From Candidatus Kaiserbacteria bacterium (GTDB lineage Bacteria; Patescibacteriota; Minisyncoccia; Phycocordibacterales; UBA2100), in contig JAQBRI010000005.1 of assembly GCA_028286585.1 (NCBI GenBank), positions 13,973-77,972 on the forward strand: DNA of 64,000 nucleotides, read 5' to 3'. Below are positions 1 to 11,959 of this stretch, one piece after another. Position 1 is the stretch's first letter; every line of letters starts with the position of its first letter. The position numbers were made by a program, and so were the translations under genes. The notes under the pieces were generated by a model. The model was not told the DNA's origin. It made no database searches and saw nothing but the letters and a program-made list of their open reading frames with translations.

Positions 1-1193
1 CAAACGTATCAGGCGCAACCGACTCACTCGCAAATACAAAAATTGCGACCGTAAACACAATCCTTTCCGCATATCAATCTATTGAAAACACGGTAACGAC
101 CGTCGCCGATTCAATGATCACCAATCCCAACACTGTATCGCCGCAGTTCGTTGTGACTACATCAAATTCCCAAACTCCAATCGCAATTCAAAATCAGCGA
201 ACAGCAATGAATCCTATTCTCAGCCGTGAACATTCCAAAACTTCGACTCTTTCACCAAGCGATGATCTTCTTGGAGAAATCACTGCGACAGAAAGCGATG
301 CACGTGCAGCCCTTACTCTTATGAACACTATTGTTTTAGGACTTAACAATGCAATCCCAACGACACAAGTCTCGGCATCTACCATTGCAGGTTATTTGGC
401 AAGTGCTTCAGCTGCACGCACGCAACTTAATGCAACACTTGCTAGTTTGAGCACTGCGCGCGAAACATACAACGGCAAAGTAACTGCTCTTACCGCGGCT
501 CAGCAAAACCTCGCACAAGGAGTAACTGGCGGACAAGCGGAGGATGTCTCTGCAGGAGAAGCGTCATTGCAATCGGCCCAGGGCGGACTTGCGGCAGCGC
601 AAGCTGCCTACGAACACTCAATTGTTCGTGCTCCAATTTCTGGATCCATTACAATGCTTTCACTCAAACAGGGTGACTTTGCGACCGCATTTGCTCCGGT
701 TGCAACAATCGCAAACAATGCCGGACTCGAGGTCGTTGCCTATGTAAACTCTACTGATTTGCGAGCGCTTAGTGTTGGAACCAAGGCTACGCTCGACAGT
801 GGCGCAACTGGCGTTGTCACACGACTTGCTACAGCAGTCGATCCAGCGAGTAAAAAGGCAGAAGTACATATTGGTGTAACATCACGCGGTACGCTTACCA
901 ATGGACAATCAACAACGGTATCATTTGCTCGCGCAGATCAAACATCGAGTTCAAATACTGTTACTGCTACCACAACTGGCGATATAATCATCCCACTCAG
1001 TGCCATAAAGGTAGGTTCAGACAATATGTCTGTATTTACACTCTCTGCTTCAAGTACATTGATGACTCACGTTGTTACTATCGGCACATTGTTGGGTGAC
1101 AGAGTACAAATTCTTACTGGCATTACACCGGACATGACTATCGTAGTCGATGCGCGCGGACTAAGAGAGGGCCAAAAGGTCATCACACAATAA
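1..1193 (+). CDS. RND efflux periplasmic adaptor (membrane fusion protein, HlyD/AcrA-like); 5' end runs off the window
   Basis: The reading frame is open from nt 3. It has an Ala/Gln-rich coiled-coil segment followed by a beta-barrel region (IVRAPISGSITMLSLKQGDFA...ATIANNAGLEVVAYVNSTDL) typical of MFPs. The stop is 2 nt before the RND permease start. Confidence 0.7.
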   Translation, partial: NVSGATDSLANTKIATVNTILSAYQSIENTVTTVADSMITNPNTVSPQFVVTTSNSQTPIAIQNQRTAMNPILSREHSKTSTLSPSDDLLGEITATESDARAALTLMNTIVLGLNNAIPTTQVSASTIAGYLASASAARTQLNATLASLSTARETYNGKVTALTAAQQNLAQGVTGGQAEDVSAGEASLQSAQGGLAAAQAAYEHSIVRAPISGSITMLSLKQGDFATAFAPVATIANNAGLEVVAYVNSTDLRALSVGTKATLDSGATGVVTRLATAVDPASKKAEVHIGVTSRGTLTNGQSTTVSFARADQTSSSNTVTATTTGDIIIPLSAIKVGSDNMSVFTLSASSTLMTHVVTIGTLLGDRVQILTGITPDMTIVVDARGLREGQKVITQ

Positions 1194-1194
1194 T

Positions 1195-4100
1195 ATGTTG
1201 CCAATCTGGCATTTCTTTATAGAAAAGCGACAATTCACCATTCTGGTGATTATCGGTCTTACTATCGTTGGCGGCGTGGCAGCAAAAGTCACAACCAAGG
1301 AATCAGCTCCCGAAGTTGAAATTCCTGTTGGCGTCGTTTCAACCGTTCTGCCTGGAGCATCCCCAGAAGAAGTCGAGCGATTGGTCACCAACAAACTCGA
1401 AACACGACTCGCTAACCTTTCTAACGTCAACAAAATTACTTCGACATCGCGCGAAAGTGTGTCTGTCATAACAGTCGAGTTTAACGCTTCGGCCAATCTT
1501 GAGAAGTCGATCCAAACGCTCAAGGATGAAATAGATAAGGCAAAAACCGATCTTCCTACCGATGCACAGGCGCCAAATGTCACCGATGTAAACTTTGTTG
1601 ATCAGCCAATTCAAATTATTTCCATCTCGGCCGATCGCCCGTTTTCTGAACTATCCACACTAGGAGAAACACTCAAGAATGAACTGCAAGGAGTGCATGG
1701 GGTGTCTCGAGTAGAGGTCTCAGGTGCACCTGACCGTGAAATACAAATCGTTGCACGCAAGGAAGCCTTGGCACAATACGGTATCAGTCTTTCACAAGTG
1801 GTAAGTGCGATTTCAAGCGCCAACACGACTCTTCCGATAGGCTCCATCACGACCGACGATATTGTATACAACATCGCCTTTGATGGCGGCCTCGACAACG
1901 TTACGGACCTGGGAGGTCTTCCAATACTCAATGTAAATGGTCAGGTTATTTATTTGCGAGATATAGCGACAGTTTCAGACGGTGTACAACGCTCAACTTC
2001 ATATACACGCGTCTCGGTTGAAAACGCACCATCACAACAAGCACTTACACTCGCAATATATAAGGTCCGCGGATATGACGTGACAAAAGCAACTGTTGAT
2101 GTCCGTGCAAAATTGACTGAACTGCAAAAGACAATCCTCTTGGGAAGTTCTTATCTCATCACGAACGACGCCGGAGACAAGGTCCAGACCGACTTGACCG
2201 AACTAACCAAAACTGGCCTCGAAACAATAGCGCTCGTTATGCTTGCACTGTTTGCAACTATCGGATGGCGAGAAGCGATTATCGCAGGACTTTCGATTCC
2301 ATTATCATTTCTTATCGCGTTTATCGGCATTTTGTATTCTGGTAACACAATCAACTTCGTATCACTTTTTGCGCTGATTCTCGCCATAGGTATTTTGGTG
2401 GACTCAGGCATCGTCATAGTTGAGGCAATCCATACTCGCACCCGTGAATACAACGATCCTCATAAGGCAGCGTACGAGGCACTTCGCGAATATGCGTGGG
2501 CACTTATTGGCGGAACCATGACGACTGTTGCAGTGTTTGTTCCCCTATTCTTTATCTCCGGTGTCGTGGGTAAATTTATCGCAACGATTCCTTTTACTAT
2601 TATCTTTGTACTTCTTGCATCAATCTTTGTCTCACTCGGACTTGTACCTACGCTGGTACTTTTGTTTGTGCGTCATGACGGTAAAACTTCTCCTTTTATG
2701 GAATGGCAGGAACAAATGGCTGAAAAGTCCCGCGTTTGGTATGCGGCGCATCTTGATTCGTTCTTTCATCATCGAAGAACTCAAAATATCTTTCTTACAC
2801 TGTTGGGTGTTGGATTTGTTGCATCAATCTGCTTGCCTATTTTTGGCGCGATGCCGGTACAATTTTTCCCTCAAGCAGACAGTGATTTTATCTATGTTGA
2901 TATTGAAATGCCATATGGTACTACACTTGAGCGCACCGATCTTGCAGCACGAGAAATTGAAGAAAAACTATATACAACCCGAGGTATCGAATCATTTACC
3001 ACAACTGTTGGTCAGACTTCTGCATTTGGTAATGCCCCAGCTCAAGCTGCACGATATGCGACTGTAACTATCAATCTTCCAAAAAAACGTATCGTTAGTA
3101 GTACCAACTTGGTTGAATCAGTACGTAAAAATACCGATAGTATTCATGACGCTATCATTCGCGTAGGCGAACCATCAGGAGGTCCACCAGTTGGGGCCGC
3201 GGTCTTAATCAAATTTACAGGTGACAATCTCGAGACCCTAAACAGCGTTGCAGACAAAGCACGTGACGTGCTTGCTTCTACTCCCGGTGCTACTACCGTT
3301 GACGCAACAACAAAGGATACTGGTTCTGAATTTGTCCTTACACTCGACCGAGGAGCTCTTGCTTCGGCTGGCATTAGTCCTCTTATTGCCGCAAGCACCC
3401 TACATACTGCAGTTGCCGGTGTTACCGCAACCAAATTTACTGGTGGAAGCAAAGATGTGGATGTAATTGTGTCTCTCAATCTCAACTCGCAATTTACCGA
3501 TCCGCATGATGCGTCGAAAACAACTATTGATACCATTCGACAGATTCCTGTACCTGCTCAAAACGGCGGTACCGTATTCCTGGGTTCCCTACTTACTCCT
3601 TCAATTCAGCGCAGTAATGCCATCATCACGCATGAAGACCGTATGCGTGTTGTGAGTGTTACTGGAGACACATTACCCGGATATACCGTTGCACAAGTTG
3701 TTGCGGCATTCCAAAAGAAATATGCGGCGAGCAACACATTGCCTGCCGGTGTCACCATGACGATTGGCGGTGAAGACGAACAAACGAACCAGTCTTTTGC
3801 AGAAATGGGGCTTGCTCTTCTTGCCGGACTTGCCCTCATGTTTGTGATTCTCGTACTTGCATTTGATTCATTCCGATATACCTCGTACCTCCTTCTTGCC
3901 GTACCGCTTTCCCTCATCGGTGTACTCACTGGACTCACGCTGATGGGTCAGCCACTTTCGTTCCCTTCGCTTCTCGGCGTAATTGCGCTTGCGGGAGTTA
4001 TCATCAACCACGCCATCATCTTGATGGACTCGATTATCGTTCGACTGAATGCTGGTGGCGGAAAGACGCTTCGCGCGATTGTTGTGGAATCTGCTACAAG

Positions 4101-4302
4101 CCGACTTCGTCCGATATTCCTCACAACCATCACAACCGTCATCGGCATGCTTCCGCTTACTGCAGCATCACCTTTGTGGGGACCGCTCGCATGGGCAATT
4201 CTGTTTGGACTATCGTTTGCGATGATTCTTACGTTGATTCTTATTCCACTCTTGGTATATCGCTTCCCAAGCAAACTCCCAGAAGGAGTCATTAGAGGTT
4301 AG
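1195..4302 (+). CDS. RND efflux transporter permease (AcrB/HAE family)
   Basis: The 1035-aa product has 12-TM AcrB architecture and an N-terminal motif MLPIWHFFIEKRQFTILVIIGLTIVGG...SPEEVERLVTNKLE. It has two large periplasmic loops and is translationally coupled to the upstream adaptor. Confidence 0.85.
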   Translation: MLPIWHFFIEKRQFTILVIIGLTIVGGVAAKVTTKESAPEVEIPVGVVSTVLPGASPEEVERLVTNKLETRLANLSNVNKITSTSRESVSVITVEFNASANLEKSIQTLKDEIDKAKTDLPTDAQAPNVTDVNFVDQPIQIISISADRPFSELSTLGETLKNELQGVHGVSRVEVSGAPDREIQIVARKEALAQYGISLSQVVSAISSANTTLPIGSITTDDIVYNIAFDGGLDNVTDLGGLPILNVNGQVIYLRDIATVSDGVQRSTSYTRVSVENAPSQQALTLAIYKVRGYDVTKATVDVRAKLTELQKTILLGSSYLITNDAGDKVQTDLTELTKTGLETIALVMLALFATIGWREAIIAGLSIPLSFLIAFIGILYSGNTINFVSLFALILAIGILVDSGIVIVEAIHTRTREYNDPHKAAYEALREYAWALIGGTMTTVAVFVPLFFISGVVGKFIATIPFTIIFVLLASIFVSLGLVPTLVLLFVRHDGKTSPFMEWQEQMAEKSRVWYAAHLDSFFHHRRTQNIFLTLLGVGFVASICLPIFGAMPVQFFPQADSDFIYVDIEMPYGTTLERTDLAAREIEEKLYTTRGIESFTTTVGQTSAFGNAPAQAARYATVTINLPKKRIVSSTNLVESVRKNTDSIHDAIIRVGEPSGGPPVGAAVLIKFTGDNLETLNSVADKARDVLASTPGATTVDATTKDTGSEFVLTLDRGALASAGISPLIAASTLHTAVAGVTATKFTGGSKDVDVIVSLNLNSQFTDPHDASKTTIDTIRQIPVPAQNGGTVFLGSLLTPSIQRSNAIITHEDRMRVVSVTGDTLPGYTVAQVVAAFQKKYAASNTLPAGVTMTIGGEDEQTNQSFAEMGLALLAGLALMFVILVLAFDSFRYTSYLLLAVPLSLIGVLTGLTLMGQPLSFPSLLGVIALAGVIINHAIILMDSIIVRLNAGGGKTLRAIVVESATSRLRPIFLTTITTVIGMLPLTAASPLWGPLAWAILFGLSFAMILTLILIPLLVYRFPSKLPEGVIRG

Positions 4303-4329
4303 AACTTCTTGATGACTGTGTGCTGAATA

Positions 4330-4929
4330 TTATATTCCTCGCGAGCCGAGTCTTTTGACCTTGGCAAACCACTTAACTTTCATTGATTCGGTCATGCGCT
4401 CCGAAGGTCCAAACATAGTTGTGGCAACCTTGATACCAGCAAAGCCTAATATATTGTCCTTAATGGTATGCGTCACATCCCCCATCGAAAGCCACAAAAG
4501 CCATGGCGGACTATTAGTTGCAACAATAAGACGTGCGGTCTTTCCTTTGAGTAATTTATCCCACATGTGCAGTCGTCCAAGCCATCCCTCTTTAAAATAT
4601 CTAAAAGCAAACCGAGGAATCCACGTACGATCAAAAAGTCCCTTAAGAAGGGCTGGCATTGTTCCCCACCAATTAGGATAGATGATTACTATATGATCCG
4701 CCGCACGAATTCTATTTTGAAAAAGTACCAGATCGGGCTCCAACTGCTGAATAGTTTTATAACCGTGATGCAAAATCGGATCAAACTTCATATCCTCGAT
4801 ATGCATTACTTCAACAGTATGTCCGGCTTCTCGTGCGTTTTGTACATAGATCTCGGCCAGTGCTCCGCATAGACCTTTGCAATCTGGATTACCGACAAAT
4901 ACGAAGATGTTTTTCTTACGCATATTCAC
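4330..4929 (-). CDS. NAD(P)H-dependent oxidoreductase, flavodoxin-like fold (MdaB/quinone reductase family)
   Basis: The 199-aa product contains VFVGNPDCKGLCGALAE...ADHIVIIYPNWWGTMPALLKGLFDR, a typical Flavodoxin_2 / NAD(P)H dehydrogenase (quinone) signature. Confidence 0.6.
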   Translation of the reverse strand: MNMRKKNIFVFVGNPDCKGLCGALAEIYVQNAREAGHTVEVMHIEDMKFDPILHHGYKTIQQLEPDLVLFQNRIRAADHIVIIYPNWWGTMPALLKGLFDRTWIPRFAFRYFKEGWLGRLHMWDKLLKGKTARLIVATNSPPWLLWLSMGDVTHTIKDNILGFAGIKVATTMFGPSERMTESMKVKWFAKVKRLGSRGI

Positions 4930-4931
4930 AC

Positions 4932-5120
4932 TTATTCGTCTCCTTCACTTTCTCCTGTTTTTAAATAATCCTCTTTTTCCGGCATATTGCCGTCGGCATC
5001 TTTATCAAACTCAGGGTTGTGCGCCTCTTGATCAGGAAATTGTTTCATTGCCTGCTCGAGCTCACTTTTAATTGAAGCGTCATCTTGTATTTCGTCCGGT
5101 TCAATAAATTCTGTATTCAT
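4932..5120 (-). CDS. small acidic hypothetical protein (62 aa)
   Basis: The ORF sits tightly between its neighbours on the same strand. The product is highly acidic (D/E-rich) with no recognisable domain. Confidence 0.3.
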   Translation of the reverse strand: MNTEFIEPDEIQDDASIKSELEQAMKQFPDQEAHNPEFDKDADGNMPEKEDYLKTGESEGDE

Positions 5121-5135
5121 ACTGGTAAGTATATA

Positions 5136-5471
5136 CTACTTTTTTATACGCATGTGAATATCTGCCTGTGTCTGGGCTAGCGCAACGAGTGCAATTGGCG
5201 AATCATTGGACTGTGCGGAATTTCGCTTGGTATGTCCGCATGATTCACACGTGTGAGTGATCATGTATCTCGCAACAGTGCCTTCGATACCAATTGGTTT
5301 CATCATCCCACCGCACGTTGCACCGCGATCTCCCGGCTCAATATCGACATGCTTACTCCACAAACAGGTCGGGCAATGGTTGGTGTATCCAGTTCCTTGT
5401 GTCGGAACCTTGCAATGCTCGCATACGAAATCTTCTTTTTTTCTTTGAAATGCCATGGTTTTATTGTACAA
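5136..5471 (-). CDS. RNHCP-domain zinc-ribbon protein
   Basis: The product has CEHC...GYTNHCPTCLWSKH...CGGMM...CESCGH, i.e. four Cys pairs and the NHCP motif typical of the RNHCP domain. The true start is probably the internal MAFQRKKE, at nt 5456. Confidence 0.55.
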   Translation of the reverse strand: MYNKTMAFQRKKEDFVCEHCKVPTQGTGYTNHCPTCLWSKHVDIEPGDRGATCGGMMKPIGIEGTVARYMITHTCESCGHTKRNSAQSNDSPIALVALAQTQADIHMRIKK

Positions 5472-7566
5472 CTATTGTCTTATTTTTTGTGACAGAAACA
5501 CCTGCATAGGTAGTGCAGCGCATCTCAAACAATGCCGAACCAACAGCAGAAAGCGTAACCGAAGTTGATCCCTCATTACGAGCTGTGATTGGTTTTGCAT
5601 TATATAGAATTGTACATGGATTGTTTGTACTCATACCGGTTGATGACCATATTACCAGAACATTTGATCCAAGTCGCGGAGTCGTCGCCTGGACGATTAT
5701 CTGTGCCGTTGCTGGAACATTTTGTGAAGTTGGTGTACCTGGGTTGAGTGCTTGCTGCAAGTTGGTCGATGCTGACGTATTGAGCTGTATTTGCTGCGGA
5801 GTATATTGTTGCTGTCCAGTTATTGGGTTGTATGTGGCGCCTCCGCTTGAAGAACCACCTGCCGAAGAGCCGCTTGATCCATAGGATGGCGCTTGTGGGT
5901 ATGATTGCGTCGGAGCATATTGCGTTTGAGGGTATCCGCTTGAGTATTGATTCTGAGGACTTGCTCCTACAGGAGCCGTTGCATACGCTGGTGCAGGGCT
6001 GGCATACGCAAATGGACTGCCTTGGAATTGAGTGGTCTGTGTACCTTCTCCGGCAAAACTAAACGGACTCGAAGAATTGGAAGAATACGCAGGAGCAGGA
6101 CTGCTATATGAAGGTCCGCTTGCGGCGGTTGGCGTTCCGCCCATATTAGTTTCTATTTTTCCAACAGCCTGAGCCAGCGTAATGTTTCCATTACCAAAAT
6201 TCACTGGATTGTTTGCAATAGAATATGATTGCAGTCCGATACTGTTTACCGTTGCGTCTGGATTGTTGGCGTATGCCTGTATGAACTTTGGTCCGTCCCC
6301 AACACCGATGTTGTGTATCAAATACGCTCCAGTTGCAGGATCAAGACCTGCCTGGTCAATGCGATCTCCATATTTGTTCAAATAATACGAGACCGACGAG
6401 GCAGTTACTTGTGCCGATGTTTCCGGATCAAATCGCAGTGATGGTGAAAGAGGTACGCCACCGTTCATGCGGGCACTATCTATTGCCCAGGTACTTGCTG
6501 TGTATTGAAAGAGCCCGCACGCTCCACTTCCTGAGCAGATGTTTGGATTACCGCCACTTTCTACTTTCATGTATTTGGCTAGCACACCGTCGGCCTTGCC
6601 GGTGAGCCCGTACTGGTCTTCAACTTTTTTTAGCATTTCGCCGTACCTTCCGCCAGGTAATGGTTTGTTTGGATCTTCTTGCGGAGCAGCAAAAGTTGAT
6701 CCAGCAGATCCAGCAGTATCTATCGATTTTTGCTGCTCTTCAGTACCAACTCCATTTGAAACAAGTGAACTAAATCCATCTGGCTGAAGCGAACTTATTT
6801 TGTTTACAGTATCAGGATTCAGCGTGATACCAAGATCGTTTTGCGCAGTCTGCTGCGCCTGGGCTACTTTTGATGGGTCTCCGGATACCAAATTTTGGAG
6901 CATGTCATATGCCTGATTTTTTTGTGAGGAATCCTGCGAAATAGTATCAGCCTTTTCTTTTTCGACACCAAGGTTTTGTAATGCTTGTGACAGCTTTGTG
7001 CTGTCGATCGCTCCATCAGTTCCCTTGATGCCGCTGATTGCCTGCTGTGCGACAGACTGTGCTGCAAGCCCACTCTGTTGTGTAAGCAAAGCGTCTATTT
7101 TTCCTTTTTGTTCTGGGTCACATTTTGAAACATCTTTCTCACTTGCCGGAGTTGAGCCGATAGCCGGAATCGAATAATGTACCGTTGCACACTCTGTTTG
7201 GAGCGTTGGCTTACAAGCGTCAGGTACGCACCAATTTAAATCCGCAGTAAGTGGAACTTTGGGCAAAATCATATTTGCCTTTGGTGTTATAGTTTTTTTG
7301 CCGGCAGCATCGATGGTTATGATGTCACTAATGCACTTATCGCTGTTTTCGGTACTCGCGTTTGCAGTTGTCTGTTTTGTTTTTATCTGCGCAGAAATTA
7401 ATTTTTTTATACAAAGTGAGGATGCTGTTTTTGGATCAAGTATTTTTGGCGCAGCGGTGGTCGCCGCAAAAAGTACCATCGGAGAAAATGCACACGCGAA
7501 GATTGCTACTGGCAAAAGAATACGTGTGAAATACATACGGTACATTGTACCTTTTATTCTATGCAA
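5461..7566 (-). CDS. secreted lysozyme-like (lytic transglycosylase/SLT-type) protein with S/P/A/Y-rich low-complexity linker
   Basis: The product has an N-terminal signal/TM segment. Its central motif KVESGGNPNICSGSGACGLFQYTASTW matches the catalytic E-S...GLMQ signature of SLT domains. The distal part is a SPAPAY/SYPQ low-complexity region. Confidence 0.55.
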   Translation of the reverse strand: MHRIKGTMYRMYFTRILLPVAIFACAFSPMVLFAATTAAPKILDPKTASSLCIKKLISAQIKTKQTTANASTENSDKCISDIITIDAAGKKTITPKANMILPKVPLTADLNWCVPDACKPTLQTECATVHYSIPAIGSTPASEKDVSKCDPEQKGKIDALLTQQSGLAAQSVAQQAISGIKGTDGAIDSTKLSQALQNLGVEKEKADTISQDSSQKNQAYDMLQNLVSGDPSKVAQAQQTAQNDLGITLNPDTVNKISSLQPDGFSSLVSNGVGTEEQQKSIDTAGSAGSTFAAPQEDPNKPLPGGRYGEMLKKVEDQYGLTGKADGVLAKYMKVESGGNPNICSGSGACGLFQYTASTWAIDSARMNGGVPLSPSLRFDPETSAQVTASSVSYYLNKYGDRIDQAGLDPATGAYLIHNIGVGDGPKFIQAYANNPDATVNSIGLQSYSIANNPVNFGNGNITLAQAVGKIETNMGGTPTAASGPSYSSPAPAYSSNSSSPFSFAGEGTQTTQFQGSPFAYASPAPAYATAPVGASPQNQYSSGYPQTQYAPTQSYPQAPSYGSSGSSAGGSSSGGATYNPITGQQQYTPQQIQLNTSASTNLQQALNPGTPTSQNVPATAQIIVQATTPRLGSNVLVIWSSTGMSTNNPCTILYNAKPITARNEGSTSVTLSAVGSALFEMRCTTYAGVSVTKNKTIVVQ

Positions 7567-7599
7567 AATGCGTCCTCAAAACCCTACTATGTTGAAAAG

Positions 7600-7848
7600 C
7601 TAAAGGAGTACAACAACTGTGTTGTCAGCACACTCAACTACTCCAGAAGTCACTTCGTATTCCCTCTTTTCGTTGCCTGCTGCATTCAAAAATATTGTGC
7701 CATGCTTGAGCGTCGTTATAAACGGCTCGTGATGAGCGAGTACGGTAAATATTCCAGACTCACCTGGAAATGTTGCCGAAATTGCCTCTCCGCTGTATTG
7801 GGTCTCGCCAACGCTCGCGATCGTAATATGAAAAGTATGATCTGCCAT
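7600..7848 (-). CDS. atpC: F0F1 ATP synthase epsilon subunit
   Basis: The product is 82 aa and lies immediately downstream of atpD. The beta-sandwich N-terminal domain pattern (ITIASVGETQYSGEAISATFPGESGIFTVLAHHEP) is present. Confidence 0.85.
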   Translation of the reverse strand: MADHTFHITIASVGETQYSGEAISATFPGESGIFTVLAHHEPFITTLKHGTIFLNAAGNEKREYEVTSGVVECADNTVVVLL

Positions 7849-7855
7849 ACTTTGT

Positions 7856-9292
<1,437 letters not shown>

Positions 9293-9351
9293 TTATCCCA
9301 GTTAGACTACCCTATTTGGGGGCCGTCTGGCCGGAACATTTTGACTCCCAG

Positions 9352-11955
9352 TTATTGGATTGGGGTAGATGAGGAATCGAGTACAGGAGTTTCTGTTACA
9401 TCATTTTCTGAAGGTGTAGTGGTGCTAGTATCTGGTTCTGGCGTTGAATCTACTTGTGCAGGAGTTCCACCAATCCCTGTTCCCCTTCCGTTCAGCCCTG
9501 TTCCCGAAAGAAGAGCATCAAGTTGAGATTTGGTGATACAAGTAGTGGCGCCCGTGTTATCGCGCACACACAACTGATCTGTAGTAACTTTGTTTAGCCC
9601 ATTACTCGAAGATCCAAGCCAGCTTACGAGCGCGTCTTTAAACCCACCGGCAATACTTCCAATATCCTTAATCGCATTCACCGTCGCAGCAAGAATAGGA
9701 CGATCTTGGAGGGTGAGATAGCCGTTGTTGGTGGTGCCGACAGCTTCTGGTATTGCCGACCGGACATTTTGTGCTGAGAAGCCAGAATAACTATTTTGTG
9801 TATCAAGGCCTGAGAGTTGATTCCAGTGGTAAGAGATTGGTGAGAGCTTCATGATGTCTGAGAGTCCTCGGGTAAATGATCCGTCGATGTTTTTCAAACG
9901 TTCGTCAGAAGATACTGAAAGGTTACCACTTGCGTCGGTGGTGAGAGTTCCCGCGCCGAAGTTGGAGAAGCGGACAGTGCCGGTGGTAGACAACTGTGCG
10001 GTGGGGGTCGAGGTGCCGATGCCAACATTACCCACGCTATCAATCCTGACTCGCTCGGCATAGGTGCCGCCGTTGTTGGTAAGGAAAGCAAGACTACCCG
10101 TATTGGTGCCGCCAGGATATACATTTCGTATTGCCGAGATATTATTCCCGAGATAATCCCGGAAAGAAATTTGGGAGTTTGCGCCAGCACCGGTGTTAGA
10201 TTCTTGTAAAATTAAGGACTCGTCCAGCAGTCCAAACCCCGCTGTCCCCCCAAAAAAACCAGAAGTGGACCGGAACTGCCCATCCTTGGTAATTGTTGCC
10301 GTGTTGTTAAAAACACCGGCGTTCAAATTGTAAAATTTTAAGTCGGAACTTCCACTGGCACCCCCAGTAGTAAGAGTAGGCCGTATAGCGTTATACAAAG
10401 TCCCGGCGCCGTAGAAATCTACACTTCCAGGGATGGAGGTGCCGCCGTTTGTTGAGTTTGAAAGAGAGAGAGAACCATACTGGGTCGCACCACCCCCACT
10501 TCCCAAAATTTGAAGTGTAGTAGAGCCTGTGCCAACAGGAGAAGCAGTACCAATACCGACGTTGCCAGCTGAATCAATGCGCATTCGCTCGGAAAGAGTG
10601 GTGCTGCCACTGGGTGTCGTCAAGAATACGAGACGCCCTGGCATGCTGGAAGAACTGACTGTCGTTCCATCAACGGTGGCATTCATAGCTGCTGCCGTTT
10701 GATAGTTTGTACCATCAAATCCTTGCCAAAAATATTGGCCGAGATTCTGCCCGTTCGACACAATTGTTGGAGCGCCCGAGGTACCTTGTGCACGGCGGAA
10801 GCCAGTGTTGGCACTCGATGAAAAGCGTGTCATTACTATTCCAAAGGTCGAGGTATTAAAAATGTCGAGGCTCGTGCCTGCACTTGGAGAACTCGTTCCG
10901 ATGCCGACGTTTCCTGACTGATCAACAATAAAACTGACAGCAGTTGATGACGCGACAACAAATTGTGGAATAGATGCGTTTGCGGCTGCAGCAATGGAAA
11001 ACCTGCCCCACGGAGTAGATGTTCCTACACCAAGCTGTCCGGTTGAAGCAGTGAGTGCTGTTCCTGAATTATTTTTACCGTACAAAATGTTTTGAATGTT
11101 CATTTGATAATTGTCGGTAGAGGAAGCAGTATTTAATAGGTTACCTATCATAATATTGTTGGAGCCTGAAGTTATGTTTGACGATCCAGATCCGACAATA
11201 ATATTGCTATTTCCCGTAATGGCTCCGCCCGTAGTTCCTCCTGCGCTTCCACCAATAACAGTATTTCCACTGCCAGTCGTAATTAAATAACCTGCATTTG
11301 TGCCGACCACCGTGTTTGAGCCGCCTGTTGTATTGATCCAACCTGCATTAATTCCAAGAAAAACATTACCTGCTCCAAGAGTATTCGCATTGCCCGCGTT
11401 GTATCCAAAGAATGAATTGGCAAAACCACCTCCACTCGAGACATCGGGAATGTTTGCCCCGGAATTGAGACCAAAGATGGTATTGCGGTACGCTACCGAA
11501 CCTGTTGCATTTGCACCTACAGAATTTCCCACAAACAAGTTTGATGAATTACCCATGTTTGTAAATACCGCTTGACCGCCACCAATCGAGAATCCGATGT
11601 TACGAGGACCAGTACTTTGTGCTCCGCCAGACGCATTAATGCCACCATTTGCATCAAGTATGTACGAAGAAGACGAGGGCGGAGTGATGCCTATCCCCAC
11701 CTTGCCTGAGATACTGTCAACAAAGAGACTACTAGTACCTACGGAGAACCCTCCTGCAAACGTACTCGTTGCGGTAGTAGATGTCGCATTAATATTTGCT
11801 GCGGTAATAGTTATATTTACAACCAAACAGGTGGGATCGCTTGGTGAACAGTTTGGGTCTAAAGTTTGGCCGGGAGTGTACGTTGTGGCAAAGGCAGACA
11901 ACGGCACGAGAAAAGATACGGCGATAAAAAGGCCTATAGCTCGTACATTTTTCAT
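9352..11955 (-). CDS. tail-fibre-like secreted protein with C-terminal intramolecular chaperone (peptidase S74-like) domain
   Basis: The product has a signal peptide. It has many Gly/Asn/Thr-rich beta-helix repeats (GNSVGANATG, NTVVGTNAGY, RIDSAGNVGIGTASP, RIDSVGNVGIGTSTP). Near residue 683 (nt 9892–9909) is SDERLKNIDGSF...LSPISYHWN, the autocleavage/chaperone motif of endosialidase-type tail spikes. Confidence 0.6.
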   Translation of the reverse strand: MKNVRAIGLFIAVSFLVPLSAFATTYTPGQTLDPNCSPSDPTCLVVNITITAANINATSTTATSTFAGGFSVGTSSLFVDSISGKVGIGITPPSSSSYILDANGGINASGGAQSTGPRNIGFSIGGGQAVFTNMGNSSNLFVGNSVGANATGSVAYRNTIFGLNSGANIPDVSSGGGFANSFFGYNAGNANTLGAGNVFLGINAGWINTTGGSNTVVGTNAGYLITTGSGNTVIGGSAGGTTGGAITGNSNIIVGSGSSNITSGSNNIMIGNLLNTASSTDNYQMNIQNILYGKNNSGTALTASTGQLGVGTSTPWGRFSIAAAANASIPQFVVASSTAVSFIVDQSGNVGIGTSSPSAGTSLDIFNTSTFGIVMTRFSSSANTGFRRAQGTSGAPTIVSNGQNLGQYFWQGFDGTNYQTAAAMNATVDGTTVSSSSMPGRLVFLTTPSGSTTLSERMRIDSAGNVGIGTASPVGTGSTTLQILGSGGGATQYGSLSLSNSTNGGTSIPGSVDFYGAGTLYNAIRPTLTTGGASGSSDLKFYNLNAGVFNNTATITKDGQFRSTSGFFGGTAGFGLLDESLILQESNTGAGANSQISFRDYLGNNISAIRNVYPGGTNTGSLAFLTNNGGTYAERVRIDSVGNVGIGTSTPTAQLSTTGTVRFSNFGAGTLTTDASGNLSVSSDERLKNIDGSFTRGLSDIMKLSPISYHWNQLSGLDTQNSYSGFSAQNVRSAIPEAVGTTNNGYLTLQDRPILAATVNAIKDIGSIAGGFKDALVSWLGSSSNGLNKVTTDQLCVRDNTGATTCITKSQLDALLSGTGLNGRGTGIGGTPAQVDSTPEPDTSTTTPSENDVTETPVLDSSSTPIQ

Positions 11956-11959
11956 ACTT

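Noticed and set aside
1268-4292. Numerous 60–180-aa ORFs nested in or antisense to the RND permease, UvrA/UvrB, GyrB, aaRS genes and the repeat-protein genes
   Set aside because: They lie wholly inside strongly supported long genes on the other strand or frame. They have no RBS or conservation signals and in repeat regions have biased composition. They are treated as shadow ORFs.
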